This document shows, one piece after another, positions 47,901 through 58,461 of a DNA stretch of 64,000 nucleotides. The stretch spans positions 5,952,001-6,016,000 of the forward strand of contig JASTWF010000034.1 of assembly GCA_030390025.1 (NCBI GenBank), in the 5' to 3' direction. Origin of the DNA: Squalus acanthias (lineage: Eukaryota). Numbering within the stretch: position 1 is the first letter of the stretch; every line of letters starts with the position of its first letter. The translations under genes were made by a program, and so were the position numbers. The notes beneath the pieces are model-generated. The model did not search any database and had not been told where the DNA came from. It saw only the letters and a list, made by a program, of their open reading frames with translations.

Positions 47901-50040
47901 TATCAGTGTTACAGTGAGGGGTGCGGGGTATATCAGTGTTACTGTGACGGGTGTGGGGTATATCAGTGTTGCAGTGAGGGGTGTGGGGTATATCAGTGTT
48001 ACAGTGAGGGGTGTGGGGTATATCAGTTTTACAGTGAGGGGTGTGCGGTGTATATGAGTGTTACAGTGAGGAGTGTGGGTTATATCATTGTATGACTAAG
48101 AATTTGTGAGTTATATCAGAGTGTTACTTTGAGGGGTGTGGGGTATATCAGAGCCTTACTGTGAGGGGCGTGGGGCATATCAGTGTGGTACTCTGAGCGG
48201 TGTGGGGTATATCAGTGTTACACTGAGGGGTGTGCGGTATATCAGTGTGTGACAAGGGTTTGTGGGTTATATCAGAGTGTGTTCCAGTGAGGGGTGGGGT
48301 ATATCAGTGTGTTCCAGTGAGGGGTGTGGGGTATATCAGTGTTACAGTCAGGGGTGTGGGGTATATCCGTGTTAGAGTGGGTGAGTGGGTTCTATCAGAA
48401 TGTTACAGTGGGGTTGTGGGGTATATCAGTGTTGCAGTGAGGGGTGTGGGTATATCAGTGTTACAGTGAGGGGTGTGGGGTATATCAGTTTTACAGTGAG
48501 GGGTGTGGGGTATATCAGTTTTGCAGTGAGTGGTGTGGTGTATATCAGTGTTAACGTGAGGGGTGTGGGGTGTATTAGTGTGTTACAGTGAGGGATGTGG
48601 GGTATATCAGTGTGTTACAGTGAGGGGTGTGGGGTATATCAGAGTATTGCAGTGAGGGTATGGGCTGTGTGAGTGTTACAGTGAGAGGTGTGGGTTATAT
48701 CAATTTTACAGTGAGTGGTGTGGGGTATATCATTGTTACAGTGAGGGGTGTGGGGTATATCACAGTGTTACAATGAGGGGTGTGGGGTATATCAGTGTTA
48801 CAGTGAGGGGTGTGGGGTATATCAGAGTATTGCAGTGAGGGTATGGGCTGTGTGAGTGTTACAGTGAGAGGTGTGGGTTATATCAATTTTACAGTGAGTG
48901 GTGTGGGGTATATCATTGTTACAGTGAGGGGTGTGGGGTATATCACAGTGTTACAATGAGGGGTGTGGGGTATATCAGTGTTACAGTGAGGGGTGTGGGG
49001 TATATCAGTGTTACAGCGAGGGGTGTGGGGTATATCAGTGTTACAGTGAGGGGTGTGGAGTGTATCAGTATTCCAGTGAGTGGTGTGAGGTATATCAGTG
49101 TTACAGTGAGGGGTGTGGGGTATATCAGTGTTACAGCGAGGGGTGTGGGGTATATCAGTGTTACAGTGAGGGGTGTGGAGTGTATCAGTATTCCAGTGAG
49201 TGGTGTGAGGTATATCAGTGTTACAGTGAGGGGTGTGGGGTATATCAGTGTTACAGCGAGGGGTGTGGGGTATATCAGTGTTACAGCGAGGGGTGTGGGG
49301 TATATCATTGTTACAGTGAGGGGTGTGGGGTATATCAGTGTTACAATGAGGGGTGTGGGGTATATCAGTGTTACAGTGAGGGGTGTGGGGTATATCAGTG
49401 TTACAGCGAGGGGTGTGGGGTATATCAGTGTTACAGTGAGGGGTGTGGAGTGTATCAGTATTCCAGTGAGTGGTGTGAGGTATATCAGTGTTACAGTGAG
49501 GGGTGTGGGGTATATCAGTGTTACAGCGAGGGGTGTGGGGTATATCAGTGTTACAGCGAGGGGTGTGGGGTATATCAGTGTTACAGTGAGGGGTGTGGAG
49601 TGTATCAGTATTCCAGTGAGGGGTGTGAGGTATATCAGTGTTACAGTGAGGGGTGTGGGGTATGTCAGTGTTACAGTGAGGGGTGTGGGGTATATCAGTG
49701 TTACAGTGAGGGGTGTGGGGTATATCAGTGTTACAGTGAGGGGTGTGGGGTATATCAGTGTTACAGTGAGGGGTGTGGGGTATATCAGAGTTACAGTGAG
49801 GGGTGTGGGGTATATCAGTGTTACAGTGAGGAGTGTGAGGTATATCAGTGTTACAGTGAGGGGTGTGGGGTATATCAGTGTTACAGTGAGGGGTGTGGGG
49901 TATATCAGTGTTACAGTGAGGGGTGTGGGGTATATCAGTGTTACAGTGAGGGGTGTGGGGTATATCAGTGTTACAGTGAGGGGTGTGGGGTATATCTGTC
50001 TTACAGTGAGGGGTGTTGGTTATTTCAGAGAGTGTTAGAA
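44946..50040. repeat. 30-bp satellite, G-rich strand (GTGTGGGGTATATCAGTGTTACAGTGAGGG), variably diverged
   Basis: Reverse complement of the 41553-42230 monomer; explains the GVGYISVTVR and GCGVYQCYSE ORFs. Confidence 0.97.
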
Positions 50041-53000
50041 TGTAGCTTTTAAATGCTCTGAATTGATTTGTCCGTGACTATACAAGCCACTCTGGGTACA
50101 GGAATATTGTGTATAATTAAAACAAGTTTATGAAGCATTAAATATCCATTACAAAGAAGTAATGCTTAACAAGAAGATTGTTGCAGTCTGTTCATTGTAC
50201 CCCAGCGTTCCTTCGAGTATCTCTCTTCTCTTGCTGTGTTCTGTTGACTGAAGCTTCTCATCCTCTGGTTTTGCGCTGCTTTCGGTGTTCAATAGCTGTT
50301 CATGTATTAGTTTTTTTCCTCCGTTTTGCCTACGTGGCAATTAGTAAGCAAGCTATCCTGATCTGAGAACAACCTTCACACTAAATTCGCACAGATGTCT
50401 TTTCGCTTTTTAATCAGCTCATTGCTCGGCCGGTTCTGCATTTATGAGTGGTGACTGTCTCCAGCCCTCTATCTTCATTTGCAATGTTGCTGAATGTCTT
50501 GTTTCCCACTGTCTCCTTGTGTACTTAACAAGCCATTTAACAGAATTATATCAATTTCTAACAGAGTTTAGTCAGGTTGGCATAATTCCCATCCTGCTTT
50601 GGTCTCAGCCATTTGCCATTTTATACAGGCTGTTTAGGTTTTTAACATACAACTTCACATATTATAGTTATATAAAAATGGTTATAGAATCTTAATAATA
50701 TTTACTAAATCCTACAGGGACAGTCTATCCTTCAGATCCCTACCTTGAGGGCGAGGAATTTTTCCGACCCCTCATAACGAAAATCTTACATATGGGTTTG
50801 TTCTCCCATGTTTATGTAACTCTGAAGATATTCCGGGTTGTGATCATATTTAAACGGGTTTTGTACATCAGGTGTTTCAGGTAGCAGGTGTAGAATACTA
50901 AGCATATCAGTACTACAAGTTGGGTGATGACCAGTACATGGGAAATTACCCTAATCAAGGAGGAATTTCCATGTTTGTCCCTGTGTCCCACCAGTGTGTT
51001 TGAGCTTCGATACCTGGAATTTTCTTGGCTACGGCTTCATTCCCTTGCAGCAGTGTATAGTAATGGCGTTGGGAGGTGCTCACCTGATTTATTAATTCGG
51101 TTAAGGCTTCAGTTAGCTTGGGGATATCATATCCGAATTTAGTCACATAATCTTCTAGATTTATATTTAAATCATCCTCTACTTGTAATACCTGCTGGTC
51201 ATGTGAGGCTACTGCAAGGAGAATCCTTCCTCCTATTACTGTAGTCTTAGTAGGTCTGATACAGTAGGTTCCTGGGGTTATTGAAGATTCAAGTGTTCCC
51301 TGACTATAGGAGCTCTCTAAAGTGGTCAAACAATATCTCCCTTCTCGTACGTAGGTTGTTCTAGTTCTTACATCTGAGGGGCCTGTCACTTCCATAGTAC
51401 AGTTTAACCTTTCTTCATTCCAACCATACCCACAGGTGTGCTTTGAATGATCCTACAAACTGTATGGGCAAATAAGGACTTCCTCATTTGTACTAAATCC
51501 TTGTAGGTTTGGTTCAATCCATGTTAGTTTTTCTAACTGTACTAACCATTGTGGTGCCCTGAGAAATCGGTTAATGGTATTTCCTTTTACTACTCCTATA
51601 TTCTCTTTTCTAAATAAGGGGTTGGGCCTGGTTCGATTCATTAGACTAGGAATTTGTAGTATTAGTCCAGATAATGGTAAATACTTGGCTATTACAGAGA
51701 CGTGGCTGAAAGAGGAGCAGGTATGGCAGCTCAACATTCCTGGTTACAGGATTTTCAGACGGGATAGAGAGTGAGGTAAAAAGGGAGGGGGGGTCCTGGT
51801 ATTGTTTAAATAAACTATTACAGCTGTGAGGAGGGATGGTATGTTGGAGGGATCATCAAACGAGGCCATATGGGTCGAATTGATAAACAAAAAAGGGGCG
51901 ATCACACTGCTGGGAGTGTATTATAAACCCCCAAACAGTGAGAGGGAGATAGAAGAGCAAATATGTAGACACATTTCTGAGAAGTGCATAAACTATAGGG
52001 CAGTAATGGTAGTGGATTTCAACTACCCCAATATTAACTGGGATAAAATTAGTGTGAAGGAAAGAGAAGGTGCATAATTCCTAAAATGCATCCAGGAGAA
52101 CTTTTTTAGCCAGTATGTAGCAAGCCCAACAAGGGAGCAGGCAGTTCTGGACTTAGTTTTAGGGAATGAAGCTGGGCAGGTAGAAGGCGTATCAGTGGGG
52201 GAGCATTTTGGTGCTGGTGACCATAATTCTGTTAGATTTAAGGTAGTTATGGAAAAGGACAAGGATAGACCAGGAAAGAAAAATCTAAATTGGGGAAAAG
52301 CAAATTTTGCTGAGCTGAGAGGGGATTTAGCCATAGTGGACTGGAAACAGCTACTTGAAGGTAAATCAGTGTCAGAGCAGAGGAAGGCATTCAAGGAGGA
52401 GATCCGGAGGGTTCAGACCAAATATATGCCCTTAAAGAAAAATGGTAGGACTAACAAATCTAGAGCCCCCAGGATGTCTCGGGACATACAGGGTCAGATA
52501 AAGAAAAAAAGGGAGGCGTATGACAGATACCGAGGGCTAAATACCGCAGAATCTTTAGAGGAGTACAGAAAGTACAGGGGTGCAATTAAAAAGGATATTA
52601 GGAAAAAAAAGAGAGAGCATGAAAAATTATTTTCAAGTAAAATCAAGGAAAACCCAAAGATGTTTTACAAATATATCAAGAGTAAGAGGATAACTAAAGA
52701 AAGGGTAGGGCCTATTAGAGATCGTGAGGGCAATCTGTGTGTGGAGGCGGGATACGTTGGTAGGGTTCTTAATGAATACTTTGTGTGTGTTTTCACAAAG
52801 TAGAGGGGCGAAGCAGACATTGCTATCAGGGAGCGTGAAATATTAGATGGAATAAACATAGTGAGAGAGGAAGTATTAAGGGGTTTAGCAGCTTTATAAG
52901 TGGATAAATCCCCAGGCCCGGATGAAATGTATCCCAGGCAGTTAAGCGAAGCAAAAGAGGAAATAGCAGAGGCCCTGGCCATCATTTTCCTCTCTGGCTT

Positions 53001-53901
53001 CAGGTGTGGTACTGGAGGACTGCTAACGTTGTACCCTTGTCTAAAAAGGTAGAAAAGGATAGACCGAGTATTTACAGGCCAGTCAGCCTAACCTCGGTGA
53101 TGGGAAAATTAATGGAAATAATTCTGAAGGACAGGATAAATCTTCATTTAGAAAGACACGGATTAATCAAGGATAGTCAGCACGGATTTGTTAAGGGAAG
53201 GTCGTGTCTGAAAAACTTGATTGAATTTTTTGAGGAGGTAACAAGGAGGGTAGATGAGGGTGGTGCATTTGATGTAGTGTATATGGACTTCAGCAAGGCT
53301 TTTGATAAGGTTCCACATGACAGACTGGTCACGATGTTAAAAGCCCTTGGGATCCAGGGCAAAGTGTCAAGTTGGATTCAAAACTGGCTCGGAGGCAAGT
53401 AGCAGAGGGTAATGGTTGCTGTGTGTTTTTGTGACTGGAAGGCTGTTTCCAGTGTGGTTCCGCAGGGCTCAGAACTAGGTCCCTTGCTTTTTGTGGCATA
53501 TATCAATGATCTAGACTTGAATATAGGGGGTATGATTAAAAGTTTGCAGATGATACTAAAATCGGCGGTGTGGTTGATACTGAAGAAGGAAGCTGCAGAC
53601 TGCAGGAAGATATCAATAAATTGGTCAGGTGGGCAGAACAGTGGCAAATGGAATTTAATCCGGAGAAGTGTGAGATAATGTATTTGGGGAGAGCTAAAAA
53701 GGAAAGGGAAACATATTAAATGGTAGGATACGGAGTAGAGTAGAGGAACACATAGACCTTGGAGTGCATGTCCACAGATCCCTGAAGGTAGCAGGCCAGG
53801 TAGGTAAGGTGGTTAAGAAGGCATACAGAATACTTGAAATAACAACAGAAAACGCTGGAAAAACTCAGCAGGCCAGGCAGCATCCGTGGAGAGAGAAAGA
53901 G

Positions 53902-53938
53902 AGTTAACGTTTCAGGTCGATGACCTTTCATCAGAACT
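53902..53938 (-). ncRNA. Minimal type I hammerhead ribozyme in the PLE terminal region
   Basis: Reverse complement of 58425-58461. Confidence 0.75.
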
Positions 53939-54215
53939 GGGAAGAGCCGGAAATCAAATAGATTTAAGGCCAGGGTAAAGCTGGGAAAAGGGGGAGGGGA
54001 TAAAGGAACAAAAGGAGAGATGAAGAGACATTAAGAGACATTAAGAGATATGCAAGGCTAGAGGTGGTGTTAATGTGACAGATTAAGGCTGAATGAAGTG
54101 TGAAATCCACTGGCAGAATGAAGGACAGCTGCCAGCTTCTAGGAGGAAAAAAAAGGTGGGGGGGGACAAATAAAAGGGTGGATAAAATAAAATATAAATG
54201 TGATTGGAGCTGAGG

Positions 54216-56120
54216 TTATGATCTAAAATTGTTGAACTCGATATTGAGTCCAGAGGGCTGTGGGCTGCCTAAACGAAAGATGAGGTGCTGTTCCTCGAGC
54301 TTACGCTGAGCTTCCGTGGAACAGTGTAATAGGCCGAGGACGGTGAGGTCAGAGTGGGAGTGAAGCGGTGAATTAAAGTGACAGGCCACCGGGAGCTCGG
54401 GGTCCCCCTTACGGACTGAACGGAGGTGTTCCGCAAAGCGGTCACCCAATCTGCGTTTGGTCTCCCCAATGTAGAGGAGTCCACATCGTGAGCAGCGAAT
54501 ACAGTATACTAAATTGCAGGAAGTACAAGTAAATCGCTGTTTCACCTGGAAGGGGTGTTTGGGGCCCTGGACAGTGGGAAGAGGGGATGTATAAGGGCAT
54601 GTGTTGCATCTCCTGCGCGTGCACGGGAAGGTGCCGGGCGAAGGGGAAGGGGTGCTGGGGGTGGTAGAGGAGTGGACTAGGGTGTCGCGGAGGGAGCGGT
54701 CCCTACGGAATGCTGAAAGGGGAGGTGAGGGGAAGATGTGTTTGGTGGTGGGATCACGCTGGAGGTGGCGGAAATGGCGGAGGATGATCCGTTGAATGTG
54801 GAGGCTGGTGGGGTGAAAGGTGAGGACAAGGGGAACCCTATCGTGGTTCCGGGAGGGAGGGGCAGGGGTGAGGGCAGATGTGCGGGAGATAGAACGGACA
54901 CGGTCGAGGGCCGTGTCGACCACGGTAGAGGGGAATCCTCGGTTGAGGAAAAAGGAAGACATGTCGGAAGCACTGGTATGGAAGGTGGCATCATAAGAGC
55001 AGATGCGGCGGAGACGGAGAAACTGGGAGAATGGAATAGAGTCCTTACAGGAGGCGGGGTGGGAGGAAGTGTAGTCCAGGTAGCTGTGGGAGTCGGTGGG
55101 CTTGTAGTGAATGTTAGTCAATAACCTATCCCCAGAGATGGAGATGGAGAAGTCGAGGAAGGGAAGGGAAGAGTCGGAGATGGACCATGTGAAGGTGAGG
55201 GAAGGGTGGAAATTGGAAGCATAGTGAATGAAATGTTCTAGTTCAGGGTGAGAGCAGGAGACGGCAACGATACAGTCATCAATGTACCGGAAAAAGAGGT
55301 GAGGGAGGGGACCCGAGTAGGACTGGAACAAAGAGTGTTCCACATATCCCACGAAAAGGCAGGCATAGCTAGGACCCATGCGGGTACCCATAGCAACACC
55401 TTTAATTTGGAGGAAATGGGTAGAATCAAAGGAGAAGTTGTTCAATGTGAGAACAAGTTCAGCCAGGCGGAGGAGGGTGGTGGTGGATGGGGACTGGTTG
55501 GGCCTCTGTTCAAGGAAGAAGCGGAGCGCCCTCAGGCCATCCTGGTGGGGAATGGAGGTGTAGAGGGATTGTACGTCCATAGTGAAGAGGAGACGGTTGG
55601 GGCCGGGAAACTGGAAACTGTTAAAATGGCGGAGGGCATCGGAAGAGTCGCGGATGTAGGTGGGAAGAGACTGGACAAGGGGAGAAAAAATAGAGTCGAG
55701 ATAGGAAGAGATAAGTTCCGTGGGGCAAGAACAGGCTGAAACGATGGTTCTACCGGGGCAGTCCTGTTTGTGGATCTTGGGAAGGAGGTAGAAGCGGGCT
55801 GTGCGGGGTTGGGGAACTATGAGGTTGGCGGCCGTGGGGGGAAGATCTCCAGAGGAGATAAGGTCAGTGACAGTCTTGGACACGGTGGCTTGATGTTCGG
55901 TAGTGGGGTCATGGTCCAGGTGGAGGTAGGAGGAGGTCTCAGAGAGTTGGCGTTCAACTTCCGCTAGGTTGAGGTCGCTTCGCCAAACAACAACAGCGCC
56001 ACCCTTGTCAGCAGGTTTAATGACAATGTCAGGGTTGGATCGGAGAGAATGGAGTGCTGCAAGTTCAGAGGGAGGTAGGTTGGAGTGAGTGAGGGGAGCA
56101 GAGAAATTGAGCTGGCCGAT
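54216..56120 (-). CDS. PLE RT + Cys linker + GIY-YIG endonuclease, open frame, N-terminally deleted
   Basis: KPADKGG, LPKIHK, MDVQSLYTSIP, GVAMG, RYIDD, CTRRRCNTC, LVYCIRC..LYIGET. Confidence 0.88.
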   Translation of the reverse strand: MGQLNFSAPLTHSNLPPSELAALHSLRSNPDIVIKPADKGGAVVVWRSDLNLAEVERQLSETSSYLHLDHDPTTEHQATVSKTVTDLISSGDLPPTAANLIVPQPRTARFYLLPKIHKQDCPGRTIVSACSCPTELISSYLDSIFSPLVQSLPTYIRDSSDALRHFNSFQFPGPNRLLFTMDVQSLYTSIPHQDGLRALRFFLEQRPNQSPSTTTLLRLAELVLTLNNFSFDSTHFLQIKGVAMGTRMGPSYACLFVGYVEHSLFQSYSGPLPHLFFRYIDDCIVAVSCSHPELEHFIHYASNFHPSLTFTWSISDSSLPFLDFSISISGDRLLTNIHYKPTDSHSYLDYTSSHPASCKDSIPFSQFLRLRRICSYDATFHTSASDMSSFFLNRGFPSTVVDTALDRVRSISRTSALTPAPPSRNHDRVPLVLTFHPTSLHIQRIILRHFRHLQRDPTTKHIFPSPPLSAFRRDRSLRDTLVHSSTTPSTPSPSPGTFPCTRRRCNTCPYTSPLPTVQGPKHPFQVKQRFTCTSCNLVYCIRCSRCGLLYIGETKRRLGDRFAEHLRSVRKGDPELPVACHFNSPLHSHSDLTVLGLLHCSTEAQRKLEEQHLIFRLGSPQPSGLNIEFNNFRS

Positions 56121-56317
56121 GGACTGATCGTTCGGAGTCAGAGAGGGGAAGGTCAGAGGGGATAGTGAAAACGCGGCAGGGGGTGAGATTGGGAGAAGTG
56201 GGGTCAGAGGAAAGTGAAGGGGAAGAAGGTTCCGGAGGGGCTTTAGATTCCAAGAATTGTTGAAGCTTGCGATCCTTGACATCGGAAAGGAAGAAGAAAA
56301 CCCTGACATTGTCAAAA

Positions 56318-58147
56318 CTCCGATCCAACCCTGACATTGTCATTAAACCTGCTGACAAGGGTGGCGCTGTTGTTGTTTGGCGAACCGACCTCTACCTAGC
56401 GGAAGTTGAACGCCAACTCTCTGACACCTCCTCCTACCTCCACCTGGACCATGACCCCACTACCGAACATCAAGCCACCGTGTCCAAGACTGTCACTGAC
56501 CTTATCTCCTCTGGAGATCTTCCCCCCACGGCCGCCAACCTCATAGTTCCCCAACCCCGCACAGCCCGCTTCTACCTCCTTCCCAAGATCCACAAACAGG
56601 ACTGCCCCGGTAGACCCATCGTTTCAGCCTGTTCTTGCCCCACGGAACTTATCTCTTCCTATCTCGACTCTATTTTTTCTCCCCTTGTCCAGTCTCTTCC
56701 CACCTACATCCGCGACTCTTCCGATGCCCTTCGCCATTTTAACAGTTTCCAGTTTCCCGGCCCCAACCGTCTCCTCTTCACTATGGACGTACAATCCCTC
56801 TACACCTCCATTCCCCACCAGGATGGCCTGAGGGCGCTCCGCTTCTTCCTTGAACAGAGGCCCAACCAGTCCCCATCCACCACCACCCTCCTCCGCCTGG
56901 CTGAACTTGTTCTCACATTGAACAACTTCTCCTTTGACTCTACCCATTTCCTCCAAATTAAAGGTGTTGCTATGGGTACCCGCATGGGTCCTAGCTATGC
57001 CTGCCTTTTCGTGGGATATGTGGAACACTCTTTGTTCCAGTCCTACTCGGGTCCCCTCCCTCACCTCTTTTTCCGGTACATTGATGACTGTATCGGTGCC
57101 GTCTCCTGCTCTCGCCCTGAACTAGAACATTTCATTCACTATGCTTCCAATTTCCACCCTTCCCTCACCTTCACATGGTCCATCTCCGACTCTTCCCTTC
57201 CCTTCCTCGACTTCTCCATCTCCATCTCTGGGGATAGGTTATTGACTAACATTCACTACAAGCCCACCGACTCCCACAGCTACCTGGACTACACTTCCTC
57301 CCACCCCGCCTCCTGTAAGGACTCTATTCCATTCTCCCAGTTTCTCCGTCTCCGCCGCATCTGCTCTGATGATGCCACCTTCCATACCAGTGCTTCCGAC
57401 ATGTCTTCCTTTTTCCTCAACCGAGGATTCCCCTCTACCGTGGTCGACACGGCCCTCGACCGTGTCCGTTCTATCTCCCGCACATCTGCCCTCACCCCTG
57501 CCCCTCCCTCCCGGAACCACGATAGGGTTCCCCTTGTCCTCACCTTTCACCCCACCAGCCTCCACATTCAACGGATCATCCTCCGCCATTTCCGCCACCT
57601 CCAGCGTGATCCCACCACCAAACACATCTTCCCCTCACCTCCCCTTTCAGCATTCCGTAGGGACCGCTCCCTCCGCGACACCCTAGTCCACTCCTCTACC
57701 ACCCCCAGCACCCCTTCCCCTTCGCCCGGCACCTTCCCGTGCACGCGCAGGAGATGCAACACATGCCCTTATACATCCCCTCTTCCCACTGTCCAGGGCC
57801 CCAAACACCCCTTCCAGGTGAAACAGCGATTTACTTGTACTTCCTGCAATTTAGTATACTGTATTCGCTGCTCACGATGTGGACTCCTCTACATTGGGGA
57901 GACCAAACGCAGATTGGGTGACCGCTTTGCGGAACACCTCCGTTCAGTCCGTAAGGGGGACCCCGAGCTCCCGGTGGCCTGTCACTTTAATTCACCGCTT
58001 CACTCCCACTCTGACCTCACCGTCCTCGGCCTATTACACTGTTCCACGGAAGCTCAGCGTAAGCTCGAGGAACAGCACCTCATCTTTCGTTTAGGCAGCC
58101 CACAGCCCTCTGGACTCAATATCGAGTTCAACAATTTTAGATCATAA
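56318..58147 (+). CDS. PLE RT + Cys linker + GIY-YIG endonuclease, open frame, 5'-truncated (no native start)
   Basis: Same motifs in ORF 56267..58147; genuine PLE sequence starts at LRSNPDIVIK. Confidence 0.9.
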   Translation, partial: LRSNPDIVIKPADKGGAVVVWRTDLYLAEVERQLSDTSSYLHLDHDPTTEHQATVSKTVTDLISSGDLPPTAANLIVPQPRTARFYLLPKIHKQDCPGRPIVSACSCPTELISSYLDSIFSPLVQSLPTYIRDSSDALRHFNSFQFPGPNRLLFTMDVQSLYTSIPHQDGLRALRFFLEQRPNQSPSTTTLLRLAELVLTLNNFSFDSTHFLQIKGVAMGTRMGPSYACLFVGYVEHSLFQSYSGPLPHLFFRYIDDCIGAVSCSRPELEHFIHYASNFHPSLTFTWSISDSSLPFLDFSISISGDRLLTNIHYKPTDSHSYLDYTSSHPASCKDSIPFSQFLRLRRICSDDATFHTSASDMSSFFLNRGFPSTVVDTALDRVRSISRTSALTPAPPSRNHDRVPLVLTFHPTSLHIQRIILRHFRHLQRDPTTKHIFPSPPLSAFRRDRSLRDTLVHSSTTPSTPSPSPGTFPCTRRRCNTCPYTSPLPTVQGPKHPFQVKQRFTCTSCNLVYCIRCSRCGLLYIGETKRRLGDRFAEHLRSVRKGDPELPVACHFNSPLHSHSDLTVLGLLHCSTEAQRKLEEQHLIFRLGSPQPSGLNIEFNNFRS

Positions 58148-58424
58148 CCTCAGCTCCAATCACATTTATATTTTATTTTATCCACCCTTTTATTTGTCCC
58201 CCCCCACCTTTTTTTTCCTCCTAGAAGCTGGCAGCTGTCCTTCATTCTGCCAGTGGATTTCACACTTCATTCAGCCTTAATCTGTCACATTAACACCACC
58301 TCTAGCCTTGCATATCTCTTAATGTCTCTTAATGTCTCTTCATCTCTCCTTTTGTTCCTTTATCCCCTCCCCCTTTTCCCAGCTTTACCCTGGCCTTAAA
58401 TCTATTTGATTTCCGGCTCTTCCC

Positions 58425-58461
58425 AGTTCTGATGAAAGGTCATCGACCTGAAACGTTAACT
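58425..58461 (+). ncRNA. Minimal type I hammerhead ribozyme in the PLE terminal region
   Basis: AGTT-CTGATGA-A-AGGTC atc GACCT-GAAA-CGTT-AACT: both core boxes, 5-bp stem II, AGTT/AACT stem I, palindromic ACGT stem III. Confidence 0.78.

Noticed and set aside
41555..50052. Long ORFs of GVGYISVTVR or GCGVYQCYSE repeats resembling keratin-associated or Cys-rich proteins
   Set aside because: Translations of a 30-bp satellite, open in several frames and on both strands, with no unique termini
56121..56317. N-termini of the 699-aa and 626-aa PLE ORFs as native full-length proteins
   Set aside because: They derive from out-of-frame or antisense junction sequence; neither copy has the native start
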